Made by a program: the position numbers and the translations under genes | DNA from: Bacteroidales bacterium | GTDB lineage: Bacteria; Bacteroidota; Bacteroidia; Bacteroidales; UBA7960 | Direction of reading: 5' to 3' | DNA length: 64,000 nt | Assembly: GCA_003560165.1 (NCBI GenBank) | Contig: PWJC01000161.1 | Coordinates: 2,035-66,034 of the forward strand | Shown here: piece by piece, positions 19,238 through 30,838 of the stretch | Layout: each line of letters starts with the position of its first letter | Position numbering within the stretch: the stretch's first letter is position 1 | Notes under the pieces: generated by a model | Told to the model about the DNA's origin: nothing | Seen by the model: the letters and a program-made list of their open reading frames with translations, nothing else | Databases searched by the model: none

Positions 19238-21337
19238 ATGGCCAGAGACCTCAGACATACACGCAACATCGGCATTATGGCGCATATTGACGCCGGTAAG
19301 ACCACCACTACCGAGCGCATATTGTTCTATACCGGTGTCAATCACCGTTTGGGAGAGACCCATGAGGGCTCGGCTACCATGGACTGGATGATACAGGAGC
19401 AGGAGCGCGGTATCACCATTACCTCTGCCGCCACCACTACATTTTGGAATTATGCCGGGGAGCAATACAAGGTGAACATCATCGATACGCCCGGCCATGT
19501 TGATTTTACTGTTGAAGTGGAGCGCAGCCTGCGTGTGCTTGACGGGGCCATCGCCCTTTTCTGTGCAGTAGGCGGGGTGGAGCCCCAGTCTGAAACGGTT
19601 TGGCGGCAGGCCGATAAATACAAGGTGCCCCGGCTGAGTTTTATTAACAAAATGGATCGGGCAGGTGCCGACTTTTTTTCGGTCATAGAAAAGATCAGGG
19701 AAAGGCTGGGCATGAATGCAGTGCCCCTGCAGATACCCATTGGTATTGAAGAAGGCTTCAGGGGGGTTGTTGATCTGATCACCAACAAGGCCTACGAATG
19801 GGAAGACAAAAGCCTGGGTGCAACCTATAAGGAAATCCCCATACCTGAAGAGCTTCAGGATACGGTTGCCCGCTACCGCACAAGCCTGGTGGAAGGTTGT
19901 GCAGAGGAAAGCGAGGAACTGCTTGAAAAATTCATGGAAGACCCCGATTCCATAGGGGAAGAAGAGATGCTGGCCATCATCAGGAAAGCCACCATTGACC
20001 TGCGCATCACCCCTGTTTTATGCGGATCGGCGTTCAAGAACAAAGGGGTGCAGTCCCTGCTTGATGCCGTGGTCAAATTCCTGCCCTCCCCTCATGACGT
20101 GGAAGCCGTTCAGGGGATCAACCCCATCAATGAGAAAACAGAACACCGTCGTGCCGACGCCGGCGAACCCTTTGCCGCGCTTGCCTTTAAAATCGCCACT
20201 GACCCCTTTGTGGGCCGTCTTTGCTTTTTCCGGGTGTACAGCGGGACCCTTGAGTCGGGATCCTATGTGTGGAATGCCTCCACAAAGCGCAAGGAGCGCA
20301 TATCCCGCATCCTTCAAATGCATGCCAACAAGCAAAACCCCATTGAGCGCATTGAGGCCGGAGATATCGGTGCGGCCGTGGGGTTCAAAAATATCCATAC
20401 CGGTGACTCACTTTGCGACCAGAAGCATCCCATATTGCTTGAGTCGATGAGTTTCCCAAAACCTGTGATCAGTGTGGCCATTGAGCCAAAAACACAGGCA
20501 GACCTCGATAAGCTCAATGCCGCCCTTGCCAAACTGGCCGAAGAAGACCCCACATTTGTCGTCCAGACAGATCCCGACAGCGGGCAAACCATCATCAGCG
20601 GCATGGGCGAATTGCACCTGGAAATCCTGATTGACCGTCTTCGCCGCGAATTCAAGGTCGAAGCCAACCAGGGAGCGCCCCAGGTTGCCTATAAAGAAGC
20701 CATTACTTCCACCATTAAGCACCGCGAGGTGTATAAAAAACAAACCGGGGGCCGTGGTAAGTTTGCCGACATTATTGTCGAAGTCGGACCCGCCGACGAA
20801 GGAGTGGAGGGCTTGCAGTTCATCGATGAAGTAAAAGGCGGCAACATCCCCAGGGAGTTTATCCCTGCCATTGAAAAGGGGTTTGCCTCCTCCATGCAAA
20901 ACGGCGTATTGGCCGGTTTCCCGGTAGAGAGCCTGAAAGTACGTTTGATCGACGGCTCGTTCCACAGCGTGGATTCCGATGCCCTGGCCTTTGAACTGGC
21001 CGCCAGGATCGCTTTCAGGAATGCATGCAAAAAAGCTTCCTCCATTCTGCTCGAGCCCATCATGAAGCTCGAAGTGGTTACCCCGGAAGAATACCTGGGA
21101 GACGTTGTCGGAGACATCAATCGCCGCCGGGGGAATTTAAGCGGCATTTCTTCCAGGGCTAACCTGCAGGTGGTGAATACCCTGGTACCCCTGTCTGAAA
21201 TGTTCGGTTACGTTACCTCCCTCAGAACGCTGACCAGCGGACGGGCCCTGTCGACCATGGAGTTTTCGCATTACCAGGAGGTGCCCCGGAATATTGCGGA
21301 TGAGGAGATTGCTAAATTATATGGTGTCAAATCGTAA
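19238..21337 (+). CDS. fusA: Elongation factor G
   Basis: [32 protein letters not shown]. Confidence 0.99.
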   Translation: MARDLRHTRNIGIMAHIDAGKTTTTERILFYTGVNHRLGETHEGSATMDWMIQEQERGITITSAATTTFWNYAGEQYKVNIIDTPGHVDFTVEVERSLRVLDGAIALFCAVGGVEPQSETVWRQADKYKVPRLSFINKMDRAGADFFSVIEKIRERLGMNAVPLQIPIGIEEGFRGVVDLITNKAYEWEDKSLGATYKEIPIPEELQDTVARYRTSLVEGCAEESEELLEKFMEDPDSIGEEEMLAIIRKATIDLRITPVLCGSAFKNKGVQSLLDAVVKFLPSPHDVEAVQGINPINEKTEHRRADAGEPFAALAFKIATDPFVGRLCFFRVYSGTLESGSYVWNASTKRKERISRILQMHANKQNPIERIEAGDIGAAVGFKNIHTGDSLCDQKHPILLESMSFPKPVISVAIEPKTQADLDKLNAALAKLAEEDPTFVVQTDPDSGQTIISGMGELHLEILIDRLRREFKVEANQGAPQVAYKEAITSTIKHREVYKKQTGGRGKFADIIVEVGPADEGVEGLQFIDEVKGGNIPREFIPAIEKGFASSMQNGVLAGFPVESLKVRLIDGSFHSVDSDALAFELAARIAFRNACKKASSILLEPIMKLEVVTPEEYLGDVVGDINRRRGNLSGISSRANLQVVNTLVPLSEMFGYVTSLRTLTSGRALSTMEFSHYQEVPRNIADEEIAKLYGVKS

Positions 21338-21361
21338 TCGTTACATAAAAACAAATCAGCC

Positions 21362-21667
21362 GTGAGCCACAGAATCAGAATCAAGTTAAAATCATACGAT
21401 TATAATCTGGTAGACAAATCTGCCGAGAAAATCGTCAAGACCGTGAAGACCACCGGAGCCATAGTGAACGGGCCCATTCCCCTTCCTACCAACAAAAAGA
21501 TCTTTACCGTTTTGCGGTCTACTTTTGTCAACAAAAAGTCAAGGGAGCAGTTTCAGTTGTGTTCGTACAAGCGTCTGCTTGATATTTATTCGTCTTCATC
21601 AAAAACCGTTGATGCCCTGATGAAACTTGAGCTGCCCAGCGGCGTGGAAGTGGAGATCAAGGTATGA
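21362..21667 (+). CDS. rpsJ: 30S ribosomal protein S10
   Basis: [23 protein letters not shown]. Confidence 0.99.
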   Translation: MSHRIRIKLKSYDYNLVDKSAEKIVKTVKTTGAIVNGPIPLPTNKKIFTVLRSTFVNKKSREQFQLCSYKRLLDIYSSSSKTVDALMKLELPSGVEVEIKV

Positions 21668-21711
21668 TCTGATTAGTTCATTTTATTGCGTAAAGCTAAA
21701 AACGACAAACA

Positions 21712-22341
21712 ATGTCTGGAATTATAGGAAGAAAAATAGGTATGACCAGCATCTTCGATGCCTCTGGGAAGAACATCCCATGCACCATTATTGAGGCTGG
21801 TCCCTGTGTAGTTACCCAGGTGAGAATTAAGGAGACCGATGGTTACGAAGCGATACAGCTGGCTTTTGACGAGAAAAAAGAAAAGAAAACCACCAAAGCC
21901 CTGAAGGGGCATTTTGCCAAGGCCGGTACCACGCCCAAAAAGGTGGTTGCCGAATTCACCCGCTTCGAAAAGGGACACCAGAAAAAATTCGGCGATGTGC
22001 TCACGACCGATATTTTCATTGAGGGCGAATACATTGATGTGGTGGGTATCAGCAAAGGCAAGGGATTTCAGGGTGTTGTCAAGCGCCACGGCTTTGCCGG
22101 CGTAGGGCAGGCGACCCACGGCCAGCATAACCGCCTTCGTGCCCCTGGTTCACTGGGCGCCTCTTCCTGGCCCTCAAGGGTGTTCAAGGGGATGCGGATG
22201 GCCGGGAGGACCGGAGGAAACAGGGTAAAGATGATCAACCTGCAGGTCATGAAACTGATCCCTGAAAAAAATATAGTTGTTGTTAAGGGTTCTGTACCTG
22301 GACCCAATGGATCCTATTTAATTCTTGAACGATGGAGTTAG
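21712..22341 (+). CDS. rplC: 50S ribosomal protein L3
   Basis: [22 protein letters not shown]. Confidence 0.99.
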   Translation: MSGIIGRKIGMTSIFDASGKNIPCTIIEAGPCVVTQVRIKETDGYEAIQLAFDEKKEKKTTKALKGHFAKAGTTPKKVVAEFTRFEKGHQKKFGDVLTTDIFIEGEYIDVVGISKGKGFQGVVKRHGFAGVGQATHGQHNRLRAPGSLGASSWPSRVFKGMRMAGRTGGNRVKMINLQVMKLIPEKNIVVVKGSVPGPNGSYLILERWS

Positions 22342-22964
22342 CAGTATATAATATCGATGGAAACAAGACGGCAAAAACCGTAAAGCTGAACGAAGAGGTC
22401 TTCGGGATCAAACCCAACGACCATGCTATTTATCTGGCCGTTAAGCAGCATATGGCACAACGTCGTCAGGGTACCCACAGCACAAAGGGCCGAAGCGAAG
22501 TCAAGGGTAGCACCCGCAAGCTCCGCCGCCAGAAAGGTACCGGGGCGGCCAGGATCGGCGACATCAAGTCCCCTCTGCTGCGTGGAGGCGGGGTCGTATT
22601 CGGGCCAAAACCCAGGGACTATTCCTTTAAGATCAATAAAAAAGTCAGTGCCCTTGCCCGCAGGTCGGCCCTGTCGTACAAGGTGAAGGACAACAACCTG
22701 CTGGTGCTGGAGGATTTCTCGATGGAAGAGCCCAAAACCAAGAAATACCTGGAGATACTGAACAATTTCGAACTGGCCGGGAAAAAGTCCTTGCTGGTAT
22801 TGCCCGACAATGACCGCATCATTTGGCTTTCATCCCGCAATATCCCCAGGGCCAGTGTGGTAAAGGCTGATCAGCTGAACACCTATATGATACTGTATGC
22901 CGACAGGCTGCTGGTGATGGAGGGTTCGGTTAAGGAAGTAGAAAACATTTTGCTGAAAAAGTAA
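22332..22964 (+). CDS. rplD: 50S ribosomal protein L4
   Basis: [30 protein letters not shown]. Confidence 0.99.
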   Translation: MELAVYNIDGNKTAKTVKLNEEVFGIKPNDHAIYLAVKQHMAQRRQGTHSTKGRSEVKGSTRKLRRQKGTGAARIGDIKSPLLRGGGVVFGPKPRDYSFKINKKVSALARRSALSYKVKDNNLLVLEDFSMEEPKTKKYLEILNNFELAGKKSLLVLPDNDRIIWLSSRNIPRASVVKADQLNTYMILYADRLLVMEGSVKEVENILLKK

Positions 22965-23011
22965 GAGCTTAACGGGCCGGTTCTCATGAGGCCCCCTAAC
23001 ACAAATTGAAG

Positions 23012-23305
23012 ATGGAAGTTTTAATCAAGCCACTAATCACCGAAAAGATGTCTGCGGTTACCGAAAAGTTTCCCAGTCGCTACGGCTTTATTGTTGACAA
23101 ACGGGCCTCCAAATCGCAGATCAAAAAGGCAGTGGAAGACATGTACGACGTATCGGTAGCCTCTGTCAACACCCTGGTCTACCTTGGTAAGCGCAAGACC
23201 CGTTATACGAAGACCGGTTTTCAGTCGGGCAGGAAAAATAATTTCAAAAAGGCCATCGTCACAATCAGGGATGGCCAGACCATTGATTTTTACAGCAATA
23301 TATAA
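23012..23305 (+). CDS. rplW: 50S ribosomal protein L23
   Basis: LIKPLITEK, KKAIVT; ATG at 23012. Confidence 0.98.
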   Translation: MEVLIKPLITEKMSAVTEKFPSRYGFIVDKRASKSQIKKAVEDMYDVSVASVNTLVYLGKRKTRYTKTGFQSGRKNNFKKAIVTIRDGQTIDFYSNI

Positions 23306-23311
23306 GGATTC

Positions 23312-24136
23312 ATGGCTTTAAGAAAGTTTAAACCCACAACTCCCGGACAGCGCAACAAGGTGATCAGCGCGTTCGACGACATTTCGACCTCCCAGCCTGA
23401 GAAGAGCCTTGTTGCCGGGAAACACAAAAGCGGCGGCAGGAACAACAAAGGCAAGATGACCATGCGTTATATCGGCGGTGGGCACAAAAAGAAGTACCGC
23501 CTCATTGATTTTAAGCGGGACAAGGATGGGGTACCCGGCAATGTGCACAGCATTGAGTACGACCCGAACCGCTCCGCCCGCATCGCACTGATATTCTATG
23601 CCGACGGCGAGAAAAGGTATATTCTGTCGCCCAACGGCCTTCAGGTCGGTCAGACCATCATGTCAGGCAAAAATGCGACTCCCGAACTGGGTAACACCAT
23701 GTTCTTAAGCGACATACCTCTGGGAAGTGTGGTTCACAACATCGAACTGCAGCCCGGACAGGGTGGAAAAATTGCCAGGGGTGCAGGTGCCTATGCGCAA
23801 CTGACCTCACGTGAAGGGAAATATGCCACATTGAAACTTCCCTCCGGAGAGATCCGCATGGTGCTGGTCAGCTGCAGGGCAACCATCGGCAGCGCCTCCA
23901 ATCCCGACCACATGCATGAGATGTCGGGCAAGGCCGGTCGTAATCGCTGGAAGGGAAGACGTCCGCGCACCCGCCCTGTGGTCATGAACCCGGTAGACCA
24001 TCCGATGGGTGGTGGTGAAGGCCGCGCCTCGGGCGGGCACCCCAGAAGCCGGAAAGGTTTGCCTGCAAAGGGGTATAAAACCCGTAACCGGAAAAAGGCT
24101 TCCAACAGGCTTATCCTGGAAAGAAAAAAGAAATAA
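23312..24136 (+). CDS. rplB: 50S ribosomal protein L2
   Basis: [22 protein letters not shown]. Confidence 0.99.
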   Translation: MALRKFKPTTPGQRNKVISAFDDISTSQPEKSLVAGKHKSGGRNNKGKMTMRYIGGGHKKKYRLIDFKRDKDGVPGNVHSIEYDPNRSARIALIFYADGEKRYILSPNGLQVGQTIMSGKNATPELGNTMFLSDIPLGSVVHNIELQPGQGGKIARGAGAYAQLTSREGKYATLKLPSGEIRMVLVSCRATIGSASNPDHMHEMSGKAGRNRWKGRRPRTRPVVMNPVDHPMGGGEGRASGGHPRSRKGLPAKGYKTRNRKKASNRLILERKKK

Positions 24137-24165
24137 TCGGTCGATAACTGAAAAAACACAAGCAC

Positions 24166-24432
24166 ATGAGTCGTTCATTAAAAAAAGGACCCTATATACA
24201 TCACAAGCTGGAGAAAAAAGTCCTGACCATGGCCAGCAGCGGTAAAAAATCGGTGATCAAGACCTGGTCGCGTGCATCGATGATCTCCCCCGAATTTGTC
24301 GGGATGACCATTGCCGTTCATAACGGAAATAAGTTTATCCCGGTCTATGTTACAGAAAACATGGTCGGACACAAGCTGGGCGAATTTGCTCCTACCCGCA
24401 TCTTTCGTGGTCATGCAGGGAAAAAAAGATAA
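24166..24432 (+). CDS. rpsS: 30S ribosomal protein S19
   Basis: [20 protein letters not shown]. Confidence 0.99.
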   Translation: MSRSLKKGPYIHHKLEKKVLTMASSGKKSVIKTWSRASMISPEFVGMTIAVHNGNKFIPVYVTENMVGHKLGEFAPTRIFRGHAGKKR

Positions 24433-24459
24433 AGCTAAAAAATTAAACCGCTCGAAACA

Positions 24460-24864
24460 ATGGGATTAAGAAAACACTTAAGGGCTGAAAAACTCAAGGA
24501 AGAAAAGAAAACCCAGTATTTCGCCAAGCTGATGAACTGCCCCACATCGCCCCGGAAAATGCGACTGGTTGCAGATCAGATCAGGGGGAAGGAAGTCAAC
24601 AGCGCCCTGGCCACACTGAAGTTTTCAAAAAAAGAGGCCTCGCAGAGACTGGAAAAACTTTTGCTGTCGGCCATTGCAAACTGGCAAAGCAAAAATGAAG
24701 GCGTGCGCATTGAAGACAGCAACCTGTATGTCAGGGCCATCTATGTAGACGGTGCCCGGATGCTGAAGCGGCTGCGTCCTGCACCTCAGGGTCGCGCACA
24801 CCGCATCAGGAAGCGTTCCAACCACGTAACCATTTTTGTTGATAGTAAAAGTACAAACGAATAA
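24460..24864 (+). CDS. rplV: 50S ribosomal protein L22
   Basis: [27 protein letters not shown]. Confidence 0.98.
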   Translation: MGLRKHLRAEKLKEEKKTQYFAKLMNCPTSPRKMRLVADQIRGKEVNSALATLKFSKKEASQRLEKLLLSAIANWQSKNEGVRIEDSNLYVRAIYVDGARMLKRLRPAPQGRAHRIRKRSNHVTIFVDSKSTNE

Positions 24865-24875
24865 ATATTTCTCAG

Positions 24876-25589
24876 ATGGGACAAAAAACAAATCCAATCG
24901 GACTCAGGTTGGGAGTGATCAAGGGATGGGACTCCAACTGGTATGGTGGCAAAAACTATGCAGCCAAGCTGGTGGAGGACGACAAGGTCCGTAAATACCT
25001 GAATGCCCGGCTGGCCAAGGCAGGAATTTCTAAAATTGTTATCGAAAGGACCCTGAAGCTGGTTACGGTAAATATACATACCGCCCGTCCCGGTATTATT
25101 ATCGGCAAAGGCGGCCAGGAAGTGGACAAGCTGAAAGAAGAACTCAAAAAGCTTACCCAGAAGGAAGTGCAGATCAATATCAGCGAGATCAAGCGTCCTG
25201 AACTGGATGCCTTCCTGGTGGCCCAAAACATTGCCAAGCAGATAGAGGGCCGGATTTCCTTTCGCCGGGCCCTGAAAACCGCGATCTCCTCGACCATGCG
25301 TCTGGGTGCCGAAGGCATCAAGGTTGCAGTGGGCGGCCGGTTGGGTGGTGCAGAAATGGCCCGCAATGAATCCTATAAGGAAGGACGGATCCCTTTGCAC
25401 ACCTTGCGTGCCGATATCGATTACGCCAATGTGGAGGCACATACCACTTACGGGCGCATCGGGGTGAAGGTCTGGATATGCAAGGGGGAGGTTTTCGGCA
25501 AACCTGATCTGACCCCCTTTGTGGAGGAACCTGCAAAGGGACGCCCCGGAGCCGGTGGCCGTTTTGGCGGACGCGGGAGAAAGAAGTAA
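24876..25589 (+). CDS. rpsC: 30S ribosomal protein S3
   Basis: [34 protein letters not shown]. Confidence 0.99.
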   Translation: MGQKTNPIGLRLGVIKGWDSNWYGGKNYAAKLVEDDKVRKYLNARLAKAGISKIVIERTLKLVTVNIHTARPGIIIGKGGQEVDKLKEELKKLTQKEVQINISEIKRPELDAFLVAQNIAKQIEGRISFRRALKTAISSTMRLGAEGIKVAVGGRLGGAEMARNESYKEGRIPLHTLRADIDYANVEAHTTYGRIGVKVWICKGEVFGKPDLTPFVEEPAKGRPGAGGRFGGRGRKK

Positions 25590-25628
25590 GGGAAGATTTC
25601 AAGTGTCAATCAAGTAAAGCAATAAATC

Positions 25629-26051
25629 ATGTTACAGCCTAAGAAAACCAAATTCAGGAAGATGCAAAAGGGCCGTATGAAGGGCAACACCAAACGGGGT
25701 GCTGAGCTTTCGTTCGGTTCTTTCGGGATGAAGTCTTTGGGCACCGATTTGATCACGGGCCGCCAGATAGAAGCTGCCCGTCAGGCCATTACGCGTTATA
25801 TGAAACGTGAAGGTCAGCTATGGATCAGGATCTTCCCCGATAAGCCCATTACCAAAAAACCCGCCGAGGTGCGTATGGGCAAGGGCAAGGGCGCCCCGGA
25901 ATATTTTGTTGCCCGGGTATGCCCCGGACGCATCCTGTTTGAGGCCGAAGGCGTGCCCATGGCCACTGCAAAGGAAGCCATGCGCCTGGGCGCACAGAAG
26001 TTGCCTGTGCTTGCCAAATTCGTTGTTAGGCCTGATTATGTTGAAAAATAA
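25629..26051 (+). CDS. rplP: 50S ribosomal protein L16
   Basis: [18 protein letters not shown]. Confidence 0.99.
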   Translation: MLQPKKTKFRKMQKGRMKGNTKRGAELSFGSFGMKSLGTDLITGRQIEAARQAITRYMKREGQLWIRIFPDKPITKKPAEVRMGKGKGAPEYFVARVCPGRILFEAEGVPMATAKEAMRLGAQKLPVLAKFVVRPDYVEK

Positions 26052-26076
26052 ATAAGCGTTAATCGGAAATAAATTG

Positions 26077-26084
26077 TAACTTTG
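26077..26084 (+). promoter_or_regulatory. Internal sigmaA -7 element (TAACTTTG) between rplP and rpmC
   Basis: Perfect consensus followed by CA within a 156-nt gap. Confidence 0.7.
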
Positions 26085-26207
26085 CAGCCTTTTTGCAGGG
26101 GATTAAACACCAACACAGCCGTTACCTGTCTGGATTTTTTTCACCCCCTCACCTCCCGCAAATTTACAGATGCGGGTTTGCTGACAAACAAATAAATTCA
26201 CGCGAAG

Positions 26208-26414
26208 ATGAAGCAGAATGTAATTCGTGAAATGTCAACCAAGGAGCTTTTGGAGCGCCTGGATGAAGAGCGGAAGCAGTTGCGTAAGCTGAAAATGAAC
26301 CATGCGGTCTCTACCCTGGAAAACCCCATGAAAATTAAGGATTACCGCAAGACTGTATCGCGCATTTTGACAGAGCTCAGGAAGAGGGAATTAGAAGAAA
26401 TTAAACAAAAGTAA
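26208..26414 (+). CDS. rpmC: 50S ribosomal protein L29
   Basis: [19 protein letters not shown]; operon position. Confidence 0.96.
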   Translation: MKQNVIREMSTKELLERLDEERKQLRKLKMNHAVSTLENPMKIKDYRKTVSRILTELRKRELEEIKQK

Positions 26415-26422
26415 CTGCTGAA

Positions 26423-26680
26423 ATGGAAACCAGAAAGCCCAGAAAAGAAAGAACAGGTCTTGTGGTAAAAAACAAGATGGACAAATCCGTTGTGATCGAG
26501 GTCCTGCGGCGGGTAAGGCACCCCAAATACGGGAAGTTCGTAAAACGTACCTCCCGCTTCATGGCTCATGACGAGAAAAATGAATGCACTGTCGGAGACA
26601 AGGTTCGTATCATGGAAACCAGGCCTTTGAGCAAGAACAAATGTTGGAGATTAGTTGAAATACTTGAAAGAGCGAAGTAA
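26423..26680 (+). CDS. rpsQ: 30S ribosomal protein S17
   Basis: KMDKS, HPKYGK, ETRPLSK. Confidence 0.99.
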   Translation: METRKPRKERTGLVVKNKMDKSVVIEVLRRVRHPKYGKFVKRTSRFMAHDEKNECTVGDKVRIMETRPLSKNKCWRLVEILERAK

Positions 26681-26682
26681 TT

Positions 26683-27051
26683 ATGATACAGCAAGAATCC
26701 AGACTTTCGGTAGCGGACAACAGTGGTGCAAAGGAAGTGCTTTGCATCAGGGTACTCGGGGGTACACGCCGCAGATATGCCGGTATCGGTGACAAAATCA
26801 TTGTGACGGTAAAGGATGCCATTCCTTCGGGCAATATCAAAAAAGGCACGGTGTCCAAGGCCGTGGTGGTTCGCACCAAAAAGGACGTACGCCGGGCTGA
26901 TGGCAGTTACATCCGCTTTGACGACAATGCCGTGGTGCTGCTTACCGCCACAGAAGAAATGCGTGGAACACGTATTTTCGGACCGGTTGCCCGGGAGTTG
27001 CGCGAAAAGCAATTCATGAAAATTGTATCACTTGCTCCCGAAGTACTATAA
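26683..27051 (+). CDS. rplN: 50S ribosomal protein L14
   Basis: [20 protein letters not shown]. Confidence 0.99.
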   Translation: MIQQESRLSVADNSGAKEVLCIRVLGGTRRRYAGIGDKIIVTVKDAIPSGNIKKGTVSKAVVVRTKKDVRRADGSYIRFDDNAVVLLTATEEMRGTRIFGPVARELREKQFMKIVSLAPEVL

Positions 27052-27070
27052 ATCAAAAAACTAGTCAACT

Positions 27071-27391
27071 ATGCAAGCCAAGTTCCATATAAAAAAAGGA
27101 GACACCGTAAAGGTCATTGCCGGCAATGAAAGAGGCTCGGAAGGCAAGGTCCTGAGGGTCGATGCCAAAAAGCAACGGGCTTTGGTAGAAGGAGTGAATA
27201 TGGTATCCAAACATACCAAGCCCAACGCCGCCAGTCCTCAGGGTGGCATTGTCAAGAAGGAAGCCAGCATTCATGTGTCCAACCTGATGCTGATCGATCC
27301 AAAGGGAAATCCCACACGCACCGGCAGGAAACAAGACAGCGACAACAAAATGGTACGTAATTCCAAAAAGACAGGGGAGGTAATCAAATAA
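27071..27391 (+). CDS. rplX: 50S ribosomal protein L24
   Basis: [15 protein letters not shown] motif, EASIHVSN. Confidence 0.98.
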   Translation: MQAKFHIKKGDTVKVIAGNERGSEGKVLRVDAKKQRALVEGVNMVSKHTKPNAASPQGGIVKKEASIHVSNLMLIDPKGNPTRTGRKQDSDNKMVRNSKKTGEVIK

Positions 27392-27948
27392 TGAGCTATA
27401 CACCACGACTCAAGGAGCAGTTCGCCAAAGAAATCATTCCTGCATTGATGAAAGAGCTGGGGTATACCAGTCCCTTGCAGGTGCCCCGATTGGTAAAGAT
27501 TTGTCTGAACCAGGGAGTTGGCGATGCCATTACCGATAAAAAGATCATTGATACGGCAGTGGAGGAAATGACACTGATTGCCGGACAAAAAGCCGTTCCC
27601 ACCAAATCGAAAAAAGACATCTCCAACTTTAAGCTGAGGCGGGGGATGCCGATTGGTGTCAGGGTCACACTTCGGGGCGACCGTATGTACGAATTCCTCG
27701 ACAGGCTGATTGCGGTTTCCCTTCCTCGTATCCGCGACTTTAAAGGGGTCGGTGAAAAAGGATTCGACGGGCGGGGGAATTTCTCGCTGGGAATACCCGA
27801 ACAGATCATTTTCCCGGAGGTCAATATCGACAAGGTAAACAGAATTAATGGGATGGATGTGACCTTTGTTACCACAGCCAATACCGACATGGAATCATTT
27901 GCACTCTTGCGTGCATTTGGGATCCCTTTTAAGAACCAGAACAAATAA
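27391..27948 (+). CDS. rplE: 50S ribosomal protein L5
   Basis: [24 protein letters not shown]. Confidence 0.99.
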   Translation: MSYTPRLKEQFAKEIIPALMKELGYTSPLQVPRLVKICLNQGVGDAITDKKIIDTAVEEMTLIAGQKAVPTKSKKDISNFKLRRGMPIGVRVTLRGDRMYEFLDRLIAVSLPRIRDFKGVGEKGFDGRGNFSLGIPEQIIFPEVNIDKVNRINGMDVTFVTTANTDMESFALLRAFGIPFKNQNK

Positions 27949-27960
27949 ATTGATTAAAGC

Positions 27961-28230
27961 ATGGCAAAAGAATCCATCAAAGCCAGGGAACGCAAAAGAG
28001 CCAAACTGGTAGCCAGGTATGCGAAAAAAAGAGCTGAGCTAAAAGCCAAAGGGGACTGGGAAGGCCTTCAGAAGCTTCCCAAAAACGCCTCACCGGTAAG
28101 ACTTCACAACCGTTGCCAGCTGACTGGCCGGCCAAAGGGTTATATGCGGCAGTTTGGTGTTTCCCGGATCAATTTCAGGGAGATGGCCAATAACGGGCTG
28201 ATCCCCGGGGTGACCAAGGCTAGCTGGTAA
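27961..28230 (+). CDS. rpsN: 30S ribosomal protein S14 (89-aa, Zn-independent C- form)
   Basis: [21 protein letters not shown]; no CxxC pairs. Confidence 0.98.
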   Translation: MAKESIKARERKRAKLVARYAKKRAELKAKGDWEGLQKLPKNASPVRLHNRCQLTGRPKGYMRQFGVSRINFREMANNGLIPGVTKASW

Positions 28231-28261
28231 GACTATTTATATAACATTTTATTTTTTAGCA

Positions 28262-28660
28262 ATGATAACCGATCCAATTGCAGATTATCTGACCAGAATA
28301 AGGAATGCCGTGAAGGCCAATCACCGGATTGTGGAAATTCCTGCATCGAATCTCAAGAGGGAAATCACCAAGATTCTTTTTGAAAAGGGCTATATTCTCA
28401 ATTACAAGTTTGAGGACGATAAAATCCCGGCGGTGATCAAGATCGCCCTGAAGTATCATCCGGTAACCAAAATTCCTGCTATCAACGAGCTCAAGCGGGT
28501 CAGCAGCCCCGGCCTGCGCAGATACTGCAGCAGCAAGGAACTGCCCCGCGTACTGAACGGACTCGGAATTGCCATTATTTCTACCTCCAAAGGCCTGATT
28601 ACCGACAAGGAAGCCCGTGAATTGAAAGTGGGCGGTGAAATTATTTGTTACGTAAGCTAA
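28262..28660 (+). CDS. rpsH: 30S ribosomal protein S8
   Basis: [28 protein letters not shown]. Confidence 0.99.
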   Translation: MITDPIADYLTRIRNAVKANHRIVEIPASNLKREITKILFEKGYILNYKFEDDKIPAVIKIALKYHPVTKIPAINELKRVSSPGLRRYCSSKELPRVLNGLGIAIISTSKGLITDKEARELKVGGEIICYVS

Positions 28661-28671
28661 AGGATGTATCC

Positions 28672-29229
28672 ATGTCAAGAATAGGAAAATTACCAATCAA
28701 TATACCTGCCGGGGTTACGGTAAGCGTGTCAAAGGACAACGAAGTCGCCGTGAAAGGACCGAAGGGAGAATTGAAGCAGTCTGTAAACCCTGACATCAAA
28801 ATAAGCATTGAAGACAATGTCATCACCCTGGAGCGGTCGGCAGAGCAAAAGCATCAAAAAGCCCTGCATGGGTTGTACCGTTCCCTGATCAACAACATGG
28901 TGATCGGGGTATCGGAAGGATACAAGATCGTACAGGAGTTGATTGGTGTCGGGTACAAGGTTTCGCACAGTGGTCAGTTGCTTGAGCTTTCCCTTGGTTA
29001 TTCGCACGGTATCTTCTTTGAAATACCCGCAGAGATCAAGGTGGAAACAGTCACCCAAAGGGGAAAAAGCCCCACCATCATCCTTGAATCGCACGACAAG
29101 CAATTGCTCGGTCAGGTGGCAGCAAAGATCCGTTCGCTGCGAAAGCCCGAACCATACAAAGGCAAGGGTATCCGCTTCCAGGGAGAGGTGGTCCGCAGAA
29201 AAGCAGGCAAAGCCGCAGCTGCCAAATAA
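28672..29229 (+). CDS. rplF: 50S ribosomal protein L6
   Basis: MSRIGKLP, PEPYKGKGI; ATG at 28672. Confidence 0.99.
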   Translation: MSRIGKLPINIPAGVTVSVSKDNEVAVKGPKGELKQSVNPDIKISIEDNVITLERSAEQKHQKALHGLYRSLINNMVIGVSEGYKIVQELIGVGYKVSHSGQLLELSLGYSHGIFFEIPAEIKVETVTQRGKSPTIILESHDKQLLGQVAAKIRSLRKPEPYKGKGIRFQGEVVRRKAGKAAAAK

Positions 29230-29259
29230 AAAGTATCAATCATAAAGCCTTTATCAAGA

Positions 29260-29619
29260 ATGGCAACAACAAAAAAACTCGACAGAAGAACCAAGATAAA
29301 ATACCGTGTGCGCAAGCGGGTTCAGGGTACGGCCGAAAAGCCCAGGCTTTCGGTATTCAGGAGCAACAAAGCCATTTATGCTCAGCTCATTGACGACCTG
29401 GCAGGGAAGACCCTTGCATCGGCTTCGTCGTTTGCCCTGGGTTCGGGCGAGAAGAAACTGACCAAGACCGAAATGGCCCGGGAAGTTGGAAAGGAAGTTG
29501 CGGGCAAGGCAAAATCGGCAGGGATTGAAACCGTCGTTTTTGACCGCAACGGTTACCTGTATCATGGCAGAGTGAAATCATTGGCCGAAGGAGCCAGGGA
29601 AGGAGGCTTAAAATTCTAA
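29260..29619 (+). CDS. rplR: 50S ribosomal protein L18
   Basis: [22 protein letters not shown]. Confidence 0.99.
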   Translation: MATTKKLDRRTKIKYRVRKRVQGTAEKPRLSVFRSNKAIYAQLIDDLAGKTLASASSFALGSGEKKLTKTEMAREVGKEVAGKAKSAGIETVVFDRNGYLYHGRVKSLAEGAREGGLKF

Positions 29620-29622
29620 ATT

Positions 29623-30141
29623 ATGGCAAACGTAAACATCAAAAAGGTTAAATCCAGCGAGATCGAATTCAAGGACAGGCTGGTCAGCATTCAACGCGTT
29701 ACCAAGGTAACCAAGGGCGGACGTACATTCAGTTTTTCGGCCATCGTTGTGGTGGGCAATGAGAACGGCGTAGTTGGTTTTGGTCTCGGAAAGGCAAAAG
29801 AAGTCACTACGGCCATCAGTAAGGGCATTGATGATGCCAAGAAACACCTGATCAAGGTTCCGGTGCACAAGGGCACCATTCCCCACACCCAGGAAGGCAG
29901 GTACAGCGGAGCCCACGTGATGATCAAACCGGCCGCCCACGGTACGGGGGTTATTGCAGGGGGTGCGATGCGCGCTGTGCTCGAAAGCGTTGGGGTTACC
30001 GACGTACTGGCAAAATCCAAGGGTTCATCCAACCCCCACAGTGTGGTCAAGGCCACCATCGATGCCCTGATCAAATTGAGGGACCCTTTTACTGTTGCCC
30101 AGCATCGCGGTGTCTCGCTCGAAAAAGTATTTAACGGTTAA
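29623..30141 (+). CDS. rpsE: 30S ribosomal protein S5
   Basis: [18 protein letters not shown]. Confidence 0.99.
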   Translation: MANVNIKKVKSSEIEFKDRLVSIQRVTKVTKGGRTFSFSAIVVVGNENGVVGFGLGKAKEVTTAISKGIDDAKKHLIKVPVHKGTIPHTQEGRYSGAHVMIKPAAHGTGVIAGGAMRAVLESVGVTDVLAKSKGSSNPHSVVKATIDALIKLRDPFTVAQHRGVSLEKVFNG

Positions 30142-30160
30142 TCAGAGGGAAATCGGGAAC

Positions 30161-30346
30161 ATGAAGAAATACAGGATTGCCCAGGTAAGAAGCAGGATCG
30201 GCAGACCCGCCACCCAGAAAAGAACCCTGGATGCCTTGGGGCTCACCAGGATGAACCGCTCTGTTGTAGTGGAAGGCTCACCACAGATCGAAGGAATGAT
30301 CAACAAGGTCAGGCATTTGATCAGTGTGGAAGAGGTGAGTGAGTAA
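30161..30346 (+). CDS. rpmD: 50S ribosomal protein L30
   Basis: RSRIGR...TLDALGL...GMINKVRHL; ATG at 30161. Confidence 0.97.
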   Translation: MKKYRIAQVRSRIGRPATQKRTLDALGLTRMNRSVVVEGSPQIEGMINKVRHLISVEEVSE

Positions 30347-30382
30347 TGCGTTTTGTTCAAACTATTAAATTTGCTATAACCA

Positions 30383-30829
30383 ATGGATTTAAGTAATTTA
30401 AAACCAGCAAAAGGTTCCATAAGGTCAAGGAAGCGCATTGCCAGGGGCGAGGGATCGGGCGCGGGAGATACCGCTACCCGGGGTCATAAGGGTGCAAAGT
30501 CACGTGCCGGCTACAGCCGCAAATCAGGATTTGAAGGTGGCCAGATGCCACTTGCCAGGCGGGTTCCCAAATACGGTTTCAAAAATCCCAACCGTGTCGA
30601 ATATCAGGGCATCAACCTCGATGTGCTTCAAAAGCTCGCAGACAGCAAAAGCCTCAATGCCATTGACCTGGCAGTGCTGGTCAGCAACGGGCTGGCTTCG
30701 AAGAAAGACTTGGTGAAGATACTTGGCCGTGGCAAACTCACTGCCAAACTGGAAGTTACCGCTCACGCCTTTTCTGCTGCTGCCGCAAAGGCCATCGAAG
30801 AGAATGGTGGAAATGTAAACCTGATATAA
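30383..30829 (+). CDS. rplO: 50S ribosomal protein L15
   Basis: RGHKGAKSR, GFEGGQMPLARRVPK. Confidence 0.99.
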   Translation: MDLSNLKPAKGSIRSRKRIARGEGSGAGDTATRGHKGAKSRAGYSRKSGFEGGQMPLARRVPKYGFKNPNRVEYQGINLDVLQKLADSKSLNAIDLAVLVSNGLASKKDLVKILGRGKLTAKLEVTAHAFSAAAAKAIEENGGNVNLI

Positions 30830-30838
30830 TCCCGGGGA

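Noticed and set aside
21338-21361. Absence of tuf after fusA (and of adk after secY)
   Set aside because: This is the normal Bacteroidota gene order
22332-22341. 10-nt rplC/rplD overlap as a frameshift signal
   Set aside because: Both proteins are full length; this is ordinary translational coupling
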